This document shows positions 9,976 to 18,715 of a stretch of 35,516 bases of DNA, piece by piece. The position numbers and the translations under genes are program-made. The DNA lies in the NCBI GenBank assembly GCA_002771315.1, contig PCSF01000212.1, positions 13,125 through 48,640 of the forward strand. The letters are read 5' to 3'. The stretch is from Desulfobacterales bacterium CG23_combo_of_CG06-09_8_20_14_all_52_9. GTDB lineage: Bacteria > Desulfobacterota > Desulfobacteria > Desulfobacterales > UBA2156. The notes beneath the pieces are model-generated. The model saw nothing but the letters and a program-made list of their open reading frames with translations, was not told where the DNA came from and searched no databases. Numbering within the stretch: the stretch's first letter is position 1; the number at the start of each line of letters is the position of its first letter.

Positions 9976-10014
9976 AAACACCCGGCGGTATTGTTTTCCG
10001 CCGGGTGTTTTATC
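9976..10014 (+). terminator. Rho-independent terminator after rpsU
   Basis: A 13-bp stem (AAACACCCGGCGG 9976-9988 paired with CCGCCGGGTGTTT 9998-10010), a 9-nt loop, and then a short T-rich run. Confidence 0.7.
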
Positions 10015-10017
10015 TAA

Positions 10018-11355
10018 ATGGACTCCCTGAATCCTTATCCCGAATGTCTGGAATATATGTACAGCCTGAGGCGTTTCGGTATCATCCTCGGCCTGGACAC
10101 CATTTCCATTATCCTCAATACACTGGGCAACCCCCAGGACACCTTTTCGTGTATTCACGTCGCTGGTACAAACGGCAAGGGATCCATCGCATCGGCTCTT
10201 TCCACTATTTTGGCCCTCACCGGACGACGGGTTGGATTGTATACATCCCCCCATCTGGTCCGTTTCAACGAACGGATCGCCATCAATGGCGAACCCATTA
10301 ACGACGCAGCAGTGATCGAAGCGCACGATGCGGTCCGAAAAGCAGCCTCGGGAGGTCGTGAGCCCACCTTTTTCGAATACACCACCGCCATGGCTTTCCA
10401 TTACTTTGCCCGGAAAAAGGTGGACTGGGCGATCATCGAGACCGGCATGGGCGGCCGGATGGATGCCACCAATGTCGTGAAGCCTGTTCTTTCAATCATT
10501 TCCAATGTGTCCCTGGAGCACCAGGTCTACCTCGGAAAAACCATTGCCAAGATCGCCTATGAAAAAGCCGGGATCATCAAGGCGAAAACCCCGGTAGTCA
10601 CCGGGGTACGCCAGCCATCCGCACTCGGCATCCTTACCCGTGTCGCCGATGAAAAAAAAGTGCCGCTTTTTCGTTTTGGCACCGATTTTCGGGTCCATTG
10701 GCATGTGAACAACACCTTCACTTATTTCGGAATCCAAAAAACCTGGCCTGATATGAAAACCGGTCTTTTGGGCCGTCACCAGGCGGAAAATGCCGCCATC
10801 ACCCTTGCGGCATGCGAAATCCTGAATGAAAAAGGATTGGATATCCCTGAAACAACCCTTCGCAAGGGTCTGAAAGAAAACCGATGGCCCGGTCGACTCG
10901 AGATCGTCTCCAAGGATCCCCTTGTCATCCTGGACGGCGCCCACAACCGCGATGCTGCCCGAAAACTGGCTGAATTCTTGACCCGACGGTTCCCGGATAA
11001 AAACGTCTTGCTAGTCCTGGGGATTCTGGACGATAAACCTTACCAGATCATGCTCAAAGCCCTGCTGCCGACCTGTCATCGAGTGATTTTGACCCGGGCT
11101 TCCATCGATCGGGCACTGCCCACACAAACCCTGTTGAAATACGCCAGAACCCTATGTCGGGATATCGAAGTGATTGATGATGCAGGCAAGGCCCTGAGGC
11201 ATGCCGTCGCCACCGCCGGACCCGATCAGTCCATCTGCGTTGCCGGATCCCTTTACGTGGTAGGCGACGTCAAGGCAGCCATCGAAAAAGACCCCTCACT
11301 ACTCCAACGGCCGGGTTCAAAAATGGAGATTGACTCCTATCCTATAATGTCGTAG
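10018..11355 (+). CDS. folC: Bifunctional folylpolyglutamate synthase / dihydrofolate synthase
   Basis: N-terminal YPECLEYMYSL.RFGIILGLD, the Mur-ligase P-loop IHVAGTNGKGS, and a DGAHN motif. Length is 445 aa. Confidence 0.9.
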   Translation: MDSLNPYPECLEYMYSLRRFGIILGLDTISIILNTLGNPQDTFSCIHVAGTNGKGSIASALSTILALTGRRVGLYTSPHLVRFNERIAINGEPINDAAVIEAHDAVRKAASGGREPTFFEYTTAMAFHYFARKKVDWAIIETGMGGRMDATNVVKPVLSIISNVSLEHQVYLGKTIAKIAYEKAGIIKAKTPVVTGVRQPSALGILTRVADEKKVPLFRFGTDFRVHWHVNNTFTYFGIQKTWPDMKTGLLGRHQAENAAITLAACEILNEKGLDIPETTLRKGLKENRWPGRLEIVSKDPLVILDGAHNRDAARKLAEFLTRRFPDKNVLLVLGILDDKPYQIMLKALLPTCHRVILTRASIDRALPTQTLLKYARTLCRDIEVIDDAGKALRHAVATAGPDQSICVAGSLYVVGDVKAAIEKDPSLLQRPGSKMEIDSYPIMS

Positions 11356-11373
11356 CTATTTACTCTATCTCGT

Positions 11374-11449
11374 GCGCCCGTAGCTCAGTGGATAGAGCGT
11401 CAGCCTCCGGAGCTGAAAGCCGCTGGTTCGATCCCAGCCGGGCGTACCA
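11374..11449 (+). tRNA. tRNA-Arg (anticodon CCG), CCA encoded
   Basis: Manual cloverleaf over 76 nt. Acceptor stem is GCGCCCG/CGGGCGT and D stem is GCTC/GAGC. Anticodon stem TCAGC/GCTGA carries the loop CT-CCG-GA. T arm is GCTGG-TTCGATC-CCAGC, followed by discriminator A and CCA. Confidence 0.9.
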
Positions 11450-11499
11450 AATAAAAACCATGCTCTCGCTTTTCTAAATCACCATCGGTATCATTCATT

Positions 11500-13776
11500 T
11501 TAGATGGAACGTGCGGTAAGATCGTTTCCCAAAATCCATTTTTTAAGGATTTCCAGGACGACCTCGCGCTTGATCGGTTTGGTGATGTAATCGTCCATGC
11601 CGGCATCCAGACACATTTCCCGATCACCTTTCATGGCATGGGCGGTCAGGGCAATGACGGGAACGCGCCGCTTTTGATCTTCAGGCAGGGCGGATTCCAC
11701 TTTCCGGATTTCCTGCGTCGCCTCGATGCCGTCCATCTCAGGCATCTGCACATCCATGAGGATCAGATCGACTTCCTTCGGAGCCGCGGAGTATTTTTCG
11801 AGGGCCACCCTTCCGTTTTGAGCGACTTCCACCTGATATCCGGCCTTGGACAGCATGGTCTGGGAAAGCTTCTGGTTTACCGGATTATCTTCAACCAAGA
11901 GAATCCGCACCGAACGTTTTATTTCTTCCTGAACCGAATGCCGCGTCACAAGCCCTTCCCGGAATAGGGCCGTATCCTTATTCGATAGGAGGCGTTCGGC
12001 CATTTGAAACAGCCTGGACATGGGAAACGGTTTGGAAAGAAAGGCGCCGAAACCTGCGCGACGGCAATTCTGTCCCTCCCGTTCCAAAGATGCGGACAGG
12101 GCGATCAGCGGCACGCCGGACACGGGATCCCCGAGCGATTTAATGGTGGATGCCAGCCGGCAACCGCCTCCCGTAGGCGCCTGGATATCCAAGATCCCCA
12201 GATCGATCTTCCTACCTGAGGTTAAACTTTCCTTGAAGGCCTGGATCGCCTCGGACACAGTATCCACCCCGATGACTTCCATGCCGGCGGACTTCAGTCC
12301 CTGGGTTAGAATCTTGAGATGCGCAGGGCTTTGATCCAGGGCCAACACCCTTTTCCCGGCAAGGGTTGCGGGAGGGCGCTGCTTTTCCGGCCGTTGTTCC
12401 GGAAGCGCCATCCATGCCGTAAAATGAAATGTACTTCCGAAGCTCGGCCGGCTTTCCGCCCATACATCCCCTTTCATCAGACCAGCGATCTGACGTGAGA
12501 TGGACAATCCGAGGCCGGTACCGCCATACTCCCGGGTCATCGACTCGTCCGCCTGCTGAAAGGGATCGAAAATGGTTTCAAGCTTCCCTTCGGCAATCCC
12601 GATTCCTGTGTCCCGGACCGCTGCATGAAGCTCGATACGTCCCGGCGACTCCTGTTCCGCGTCTAAAAACAACTCGATCTCTCCGGATCGTGTGAACTTG
12701 GCGGCATTTCCCATCAGGTTGGTCAGAACCTGCCGGAACCGACCCGGATCTCCCTTGACAGTCTGGGGCACCTTGTCGCCGATGCGGCAGATGACTTCCA
12801 CCGGGTTGTTTCCGATCTTGGGTCGGATGACTTCGCAGATATCAAAGACCAACAGCTCCGGATCGAAATCCACGCACTCCAGGTCCAATTCTCCGGCCTC
12901 GATTTTGGAAAAATCCAGGATGTTGTTCAGCAATCCAAACAAGGCCTCGCTGCTCTTGCGGGTGGTATTGACGTAATCGAGCTGGTCCTCGTCCAATCGG
13001 GTATCCAGCATCATATCGGTGAACCCGATGATGGCATTCAAGGGAGTACGGATCTCGTGGCTCATATTGGCTAAAAACTGGGTCTTGGCCTGGTTGGCGG
13101 CTTGGGCTTTTTCGGCCATTTCATTGGCTCTTTCGATCATTGCCTTGAGCTTCTCGTTGGCGATGGAAACTTCACGGGTCCTCTCGTTCACCATTTCTTC
13201 CAGGTGATCTCGATGGCTTTTGAGCTCCTCGGCGGCCAGTCGATATTTTTCCACCGCCATTTCAAGCTCCCGGTTCTTTTTCTCCACTTCTGCGGTGAGT
13301 TCTTCATTCCTTTCAAAAACCCAGGAAAAACGGCGGATCAGGTTGATCTTTTCCTGAAGCTGGGCACTCGTTTTCTCTACCTCATGAGCCAGCCCTTCCG
13401 TACGGCTGAAAATCGTAGAGACTATGTTGAACCAGGGGAGCCAGTTTTCCGGAACGCGTCGATCTTCGGGGCTCTCCTGTTTCCGGCTTTTGAGCAAAAG
13501 AAAATGGGCGAGTTTCTCCGGGGGGTTGATGAACCATCGGAAGATAATGATACCGACAGACAAGGTTGAAAGAGCCCAAGTCGCCGCCAGACCCCAGAAT
13601 ATCGGATCTGCAACGGAACCCGATGAAACCGGTCGCATGGATAGCAGGTAAACAACCAGGAGGATGACCGACACAATCATGACGGTCCCTAGACCCAGAA
13701 GAACCGCCTTGGGAACTGTCTGAAACCGAATTACCGCCTGCGCTTGGGATCTGCTTGCAGGTGTGGGTTCAGCCAT
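11500..13776 (-). CDS. Hybrid sensor histidine kinase with two C-terminal receiver domains
   Basis: Two N-terminal hydrophobic segments are followed by a coiled-coil region. HisKA is [16 protein letters not shown] and the HATPase contains [10 protein letters not shown] first REC-like domain (KRVLALD...LGILDIQAP...LSKP) precedes a canonical REC ([12 protein letters not shown]...[13 protein letters not shown]...TAHA...KP). RBS is AAGGAGG. Confidence 0.9.
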   Translation of the reverse strand: MAEPTPASRSQAQAVIRFQTVPKAVLLGLGTVMIVSVILLVVYLLSMRPVSSGSVADPIFWGLAATWALSTLSVGIIIFRWFINPPEKLAHFLLLKSRKQESPEDRRVPENWLPWFNIVSTIFSRTEGLAHEVEKTSAQLQEKINLIRRFSWVFERNEELTAEVEKKNRELEMAVEKYRLAAEELKSHRDHLEEMVNERTREVSIANEKLKAMIERANEMAEKAQAANQAKTQFLANMSHEIRTPLNAIIGFTDMMLDTRLDEDQLDYVNTTRKSSEALFGLLNNILDFSKIEAGELDLECVDFDPELLVFDICEVIRPKIGNNPVEVICRIGDKVPQTVKGDPGRFRQVLTNLMGNAAKFTRSGEIELFLDAEQESPGRIELHAAVRDTGIGIAEGKLETIFDPFQQADESMTREYGGTGLGLSISRQIAGLMKGDVWAESRPSFGSTFHFTAWMALPEQRPEKQRPPATLAGKRVLALDQSPAHLKILTQGLKSAGMEVIGVDTVSEAIQAFKESLTSGRKIDLGILDIQAPTGGGCRLASTIKSLGDPVSGVPLIALSASLEREGQNCRRAGFGAFLSKPFPMSRLFQMAERLLSNKDTALFREGLVTRHSVQEEIKRSVRILLVEDNPVNQKLSQTMLSKAGYQVEVAQNGRVALEKYSAAPKEVDLILMDVQMPEMDGIEATQEIRKVESALPEDQKRRVPVIALTAHAMKGDREMCLDAGMDDYITKPIKREVVLEILKKWILGNDLTARSI

Positions 13777-13858
13777 GATCCTCCTTTTGTGCGATCTTGA
13801 ACCGTTTCAGCAGACTCACTCCCCCACTCCCCGCCGCAGGGAGCTTCCACACCCGGCC

Positions 13859-14572
13859 TTAATGCCTTCGGTATTGAAATTGAAGCTTCACGGGGCCGAT
13901 GTCGATGACGTCAAACTCGTTGAGTCGAGCCTCATCCTTGAGCACTGCGAAGTTAACCCTGGGCTTAGCCATCCCTTCGCCGGGTCGAATCAGATATCCA
14001 TCATGGATTTTAAGGATGACCGCTGCAGTTTTTCCCACCAGCATCCCCCGGACAACGATATCCGAATCCGCGCTTTTCCCAATGCGTACCGTATCCTTTT
14101 CCAGGAGCACTTCTCCACTGCCTCCGGAGATATAAACCAAAACCCCTACCGGCCCGCCCGTTTCAGGATCCGAAACCAGTCCGGCAACCCCCCGGGCCAA
14201 AAGAGACCGGTGATCCCGGGTGTCTATGGCCATCGTCATATCGGACTTCTCTTCCGCTTCCTCTTCGAGTCGCTTTTCTCCTTCCCGGTAAAAAAAAGAC
14301 ATGGTCTGGTTGCCGATGGTGATCACATCCCCATGAGCCAACTTCCTAAAAATCACCAACTGTCCATTGACGAAAGATCCGTTCCGGCTTTGGTAATCGG
14401 TGAGAAAAAAAGCATTCCCTTCTGATTCTATGCCTGCATGATGGCGGGAGACAGAGGTGCCCGGGATGACGATGTCGTTGTTTTCCTGACGCCCGATGGA
14501 CAGGGAGATCCCCTCTTTCAGAATATATTCTTTCCGGATACCCGTATCGGTTTCAAGCGTCAGCACCGGCAT
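13859..14572 (-). CDS. FHA-domain protein (canonical FHA plus degenerate FHA-like C-terminal domain)
   Basis: The N-terminal FHA reads ISLSIGRQENNDIVIPGTSVSRHHAGIE...LTDYQSRNGSFVNGQLV...GDVITIG. Start is set at ATG 14572 (MPVLTLE), preceded by AGGAGG with 5-nt spacing. The gene lies 82 nt upstream of the histidine kinase on the same strand. Confidence 0.8.
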   Translation of the reverse strand: MPVLTLETDTGIRKEYILKEGISLSIGRQENNDIVIPGTSVSRHHAGIESEGNAFFLTDYQSRNGSFVNGQLVIFRKLAHGDVITIGNQTMSFFYREGEKRLEEEAEEKSDMTMAIDTRDHRSLLARGVAGLVSDPETGGPVGVLVYISGGSGEVLLEKDTVRIGKSADSDIVVRGMLVGKTAAVILKIHDGYLIRPGEGMAKPRVNFAVLKDEARLNEFDVIDIGPVKLQFQYRRH

Positions 14573-14625
14573 GGGGTCCTCCTGTCGGAATTTTTGGATG
14601 CCGGTTTCTCGCCGACCGGCTTGAT

Positions 14626-16698
14626 ATGGATCCTGAATCGGTGTATGGCTTCCACAAAGAAAGCGCATCCATGGCGGGATTCAATACTGAAATCGACGGG
14701 AAAAAACAAGTATCGAGGGGGTCCGATGCCGTCCTCCTGTTTTTTTTAAAGCTTTACAAGATGCAGCTTTCGGCAGATCCCGCAGCCGAAAGCCGGGTAG
14801 AAATGGCACCGCAGACTTATGAGACCCCTGGTTCGAACCGGATTTACACCCTTCGGGTCAACCATCAGGGAATGTGGCGGTCCAGACGTATGACTCTTGG
14901 AAGGCTCGGAGCCAATATCACCAATAAGAGCACGTGCTATCATATCATTTTTGATGATCTGATGGTCGTGAAGATCCCACTCCAGCCTATCTACGAATTC
15001 AACACTTACATTCAATGCATCAGCAGGGACCGGCGCATCGCTCTGAAAGCTGCACCCTCCATCCGGTGCATCGTCCCCTCTCTTTCCACAGTGCTGAACA
15101 AAATTCCCCAGCTTCACCACCCGAAGGCTCGGTCACCGGAGGAAATCGAAAAACGGTACGTCTTTCTTCTCAGGAAAGAACCGAATCTTCAGAACTACCT
15201 GCAAATTGGGGGATCATTCGCCTTTTTCATGAATCTATCGCAATACACCTTTTTAAACCAGGAAATTGATAAGATCCACGGCCGAAACGATGTTTTCTCC
15301 CGCGATTTCCTGAAGCCGACCGACTCTCTCTGGGAAACGCATGGGATCGATCCTTTCCTGATCGCCGAAGAGGATCCGGCAATTTTTGAGATGGGGCATA
15401 TCCTGGCCGAGTATGAAGAATGGATCGCCGACATCCTAGGCCACAATCGATGCGACGCTTCCTTTTCCATGTCACAACGTCGGGCATGGTTTACGGCTCA
15501 CCTGTCCGGTCAGGACCTGAAGAGCGGGGAACCTGGGCTTCCCGAGCCGTTGATTCAAACGCTGCCGGGGTTATTAGCCCGTTTTTCAGAAAAGCATCAA
15601 AAGACCATCAACGCCTTCCGTAAAGCCCATCGGCAACAGACTGAAAAATCCTGGAGGGAAAGAAACAAAGGAAAAATCACCGGCATCATCACAAGCATCC
15701 TCTCCTTACTGGCGAACCTGAAATCACAAGGGCTTTCCTTGCGAGACCTCAAACCGGAAAACATATTTATTGTGGCCGAGCCCGAAAGGCTCGAACGCGG
15801 GATGCCGGATCCGGAAATTATTGAACTGGGACTCATCGACCTGGAAACCGCGGTGGCACTGGATACAAACACGGACGCCATCGAACAACCCCTCTGCACC
15901 GGAACCCCTGCATTTTCGACACCTTCTCACCTGTTTCCCAACCCTTTCCTGATAAAACAGCTGGGAGATTTGAAGAGAACCTTCTTCCTCCAGGACGCTT
16001 ATGCCGCTGTCGGGCTGATTTTTTTTGCCGCAACCGGCGAGACACTTTTTGAAAAAACCGGCAGGCTCTTGCCTGAAATTGTCCTTGCGTCCCGGAAGTC
16101 ATCCCTGAAAGACCAAACTCCGGCAGATCTTTTCCGACATACCAGCTGGGTCTTCTGGCACAGCGCGGTCAGCGAACTGACCCGACAAGGATCCCATTAT
16201 CAAGACGTTCTGAAATCCCTGAAAATTTCCCTGTCGGAATTGATCTGCCCGATGCTTCAGGAACTGCTGGAGAAAACTCATGACGAACTGAAGGACAGAA
16301 TCTCTTCTTTATTGTCCTCACAAACGTCACTCCAGAAGACACAGCTTGAAGCCCTTGCCGCATCCGACGCCGAAACCATCGGGAAACAAATCCACAGCCT
16401 GGAGGAAAATAATTCGAGCCCCGACGCCGAAACTCGGGAACCGATTTTAAAGTTTCTATCCTCCCTCGAACATCTCAAGCGGTTATTGGAACAAGAATCC
16501 CGATACCGGGAAATCCTTTTGGAAAAAAGGCCGTCTTTTTTCGTGGGTGACCTGATAGAATTTCTTTTTTTCACAGTCATCGCCTTCATGTACCGGGAAT
16601 CCTGGACGACCCGAAAACATCCCCTTTTACCGGTAAAGCCTTCGACGGAATCCGCTGCAATCCGGCTGAATCCGGCGGCTTCGATATCCAAGAGGTGA
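14626..16698 (+). CDS. Atypical Hanks-type Ser/Thr protein kinase-like protein with a large insertion
   Basis: Contains VVKIP (beta3 Lys), LRDLKPENIFIV (catalytic loop, His replaced by Leu), LIDLE in place of DFG, GTPAFSTPSH (APE-like) and AYAAVGLIFFAATGETLFE (alphaF). The start is uncertain: ATG 14626, 14671 or 14761, none with a good SD. Confidence 0.65.
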   Translation: MDPESVYGFHKESASMAGFNTEIDGKKQVSRGSDAVLLFFLKLYKMQLSADPAAESRVEMAPQTYETPGSNRIYTLRVNHQGMWRSRRMTLGRLGANITNKSTCYHIIFDDLMVVKIPLQPIYEFNTYIQCISRDRRIALKAAPSIRCIVPSLSTVLNKIPQLHHPKARSPEEIEKRYVFLLRKEPNLQNYLQIGGSFAFFMNLSQYTFLNQEIDKIHGRNDVFSRDFLKPTDSLWETHGIDPFLIAEEDPAIFEMGHILAEYEEWIADILGHNRCDASFSMSQRRAWFTAHLSGQDLKSGEPGLPEPLIQTLPGLLARFSEKHQKTINAFRKAHRQQTEKSWRERNKGKITGIITSILSLLANLKSQGLSLRDLKPENIFIVAEPERLERGMPDPEIIELGLIDLETAVALDTNTDAIEQPLCTGTPAFSTPSHLFPNPFLIKQLGDLKRTFFLQDAYAAVGLIFFAATGETLFEKTGRLLPEIVLASRKSSLKDQTPADLFRHTSWVFWHSAVSELTRQGSHYQDVLKSLKISLSELICPMLQELLEKTHDELKDRISSLLSSQTSLQKTQLEALAASDAETIGKQIHSLEENNSSPDAETREPILKFLSSLEHLKRLLEQESRYREILLEKRPSFFVGDLIEFLFFTVIAFMYRESWTTRKHPLLPVKPSTESAAIRLNPAASISKR

Positions 16699-16716
16699 AA
16701 AACTGAGTGAAAGATG

Positions 16717-16862
16717 ACAAACTTGATGGCTTTGTAAAAAGTCGTCACCCCGTTGAAAAATGGGGTCCAGGGGTTTCATAAGTGCTTGAGAACACTGGAT
16801 TCCGGCTTTCGCCGGAATGACGGAAAGAGGGTATTTTCGACTTTTCACGAGACCAGCAAGCT
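16717..16862. repeat. MITE-like intergenic repeat, copy C
   Basis: Inverted termini are CTTGATGGCTTTGTAAAAAG (16722-16741) and CTTTTCACGAGACCAGCAAG (16841-16860), complementary at 15 of 20 positions. It is flanked by the 9-bp direct repeat TGAAAGATG (16708-16716 and 16863-16871). Internal hairpins are ACCCC-N10-GGGGT and a perfect ATTCCGGC-tttc-GCCGGAAT. Confidence 0.65.
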
Positions 16863-16998
16863 TGAAAGATGTTTTATTTTGCGATCATAGGAAAGGCAAC
16901 GGCATGTCGCTGATCAGGTTTTTCTGGATTTTATTTGCTCCCAACAAAACCCGATCCCAAACCAGAACGAGGTCCGGCAAAAAGACGGAAAAAGACCC

Positions 16999-17343
16999 AT
17001 GAGACACCTTGGTGTCCTGGCTGGAATGATATTTCTTTTGTTCTTTGGATGTCGCCTATCCTTTGATGGGTATATTCAGATCTATAACTATGACGAGCAT
17101 GATTATCGGGTGGAGTTGCGCCGCCAGCCGGATGATAAAATCGTTGAGACTCTGGACCTGAAGCGCTATCCGCGCTTTGAGTCCATGGATTATTTCGAAG
17201 ACATCCCGGAAGGATGGTATTACCTGTCGGTCTTTAGAGACATGGGGGATACGGAAACGGATCGGACGACCGCTTTTTTCATGGAAGAAGACGACCGGCG
17301 GTGTTATCTCATCGAGGACGACGGCACCATCGACCCGTGCTGA
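16999..17343 (+). CDS. Hypothetical small lipoprotein (114 aa)
   Basis: Signal peptide with a lipobox (MRHLGVLAGMIFLLFFGC) and an acidic mature part. I recognise no family. Confidence 0.5.
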   Translation: MRHLGVLAGMIFLLFFGCRLSFDGYIQIYNYDEHDYRVELRRQPDDKIVETLDLKRYPRFESMDYFEDIPEGWYYLSVFRDMGDTETDRTTAFFMEEDDRRCYLIEDDGTIDPC

Positions 17344-17400
17344 AGATGTTGTCCGGGCGACATCCCATGACAATCCTTGGAAAATGAGGAGAACAGATCG

Positions 17401-17877
17401 ATGAAAAACTTATCTCATATATCACGGTTCCGCTTCGCTTTCAGCGGATTCATCCTGCTGATGCCGGCGATCCTATTGTCGGGGTGCTTCGGAGCTTACG
17501 GAAGCCTGAGGGGCAACCCGTCTACTACACTGCAGTTCAAGGAAGTGCGCGTCCCGCAGGAATACCGATATTACTACGATGGAAGAGAATTCATGCCCTA
17601 TGCCGTCATCGGGATCCGACCGGATATCCGATTCAACTCAAGGATATGGACGCCTGTGGATCCGAAAGACGAAAAATTCAAGAGGATGCTCAATTTCATG
17701 TATTTTCCGTATCAACAGGAAGATCCGGTGGGATCCGAAATCCTGGACCCGCAAGGACGGCAAATCGGCATCTGGTACTCCACTTACCGACACACGGCCG
17801 TGAAAGCGGAAAAAGACGGAAGCCTATCCATCCTCTCCCCATATGTCCCCGAGAGCGAAGGAAGAGTCCCCTTTTAG
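17401..17877 (+). CDS. Hypothetical lipoprotein (158 aa)
   Basis: Start is set at ATG 17401, preceded by GAGGAG. The signal peptide carries a lipobox (FILLMPAILLSGC). I recognise no family. Confidence 0.55.
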   Translation: MKNLSHISRFRFAFSGFILLMPAILLSGCFGAYGSLRGNPSTTLQFKEVRVPQEYRYYYDGREFMPYAVIGIRPDIRFNSRIWTPVDPKDEKFKRMLNFMYFPYQQEDPVGSEILDPQGRQIGIWYSTYRHTAVKAEKDGSLSILSPYVPESEGRVPF

Positions 17878-18618
17878 CCGAAGTTTCTCTTTTTCTTTGC
17901 GCAACCGTTTCCGGTCCCTTTTCCAGGAAAGACCCTTTCCGCCTCTGGTCTTTCCTTTTGCCGGTGATGCCCCGTTTTTCGGACCCAAATCCAGAAAAAA
18001 ACTTCCGGCCGATACCCTTCGATCCGGCGTTTTTTCAGGCTTTGAAGGCATGGCGGTTGTTTCCTTCGGAAGAGGCGGACCGGAAAAACAACCGAGGGGA
18101 ATCTGATCGGCAAGATAGAGAGAGTCGCCGGCCTTGAAAAAGATTACTCCCTTTTGTTGAGCCGCGTGGACGGTAACCGTCAGGAGGACCGCGTCAGGAT
18201 CCATGCGCCTTCCTATCCTTACCGCCATGTCCCTGGAATCGGACAAAAGGAGGCGATCCGGTTGTGCAGCACAAAGCCCTTTTTCAAGAACATGGGCATA
18301 GGCCCGCCGCCGGATGCAGATGAATAGCTGTGGTGAAACGATGATGGCAGGCGGTGCCTGGGTCAGATGCCCTCGATTCATGGCGCGAATCCGATTCTCC
18401 CGAATTTCGATGACAGGCTCAGGAAATACGGCAATGATCTCGTTCAGGTGAGCCCGACGCAGAAAACCCCACCCCGGCTCCTCACTTAGGGCCTGCAGCA
18501 GCGTGTTGATTTTGACGAACCCCTCTGCATCGGGAACCAAACCGAATTCGTCCGGTCGTCTCCCCAGCACATAGGCGAGAAACTTGGCGATCTGTTTCAC
18601 ATTCTTTTTTTGGCCCAC
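17824..18618 (-). CDS. Divergent Tpt1/KptA (RNA 2'-phosphotransferase) family protein with Lys/Arg-rich C-terminal tail
   Basis: It aligns by eye along its length with E. coli KptA. Examples: [30 protein letters not shown] against [38 protein letters not shown] against CIRAVQGHS, and [16 protein letters not shown] against PVILTVKAQEMAKRGL. The start is GTG, preceded by AAGGTG. The last roughly 80 aa are a basic low-complexity tail. Confidence 0.55.
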   Translation of the reverse strand: [264 protein letters not shown]

Positions 18619-18715
18619 CGCTGCTCACCTTGACCTGACCGATCGGGTCTGGTAAGTTTTTATCCGTTTTTTCGTTACGTGTAAAGCTTTCTCCGATAGA
18701 ATAGAGGATAAAACC

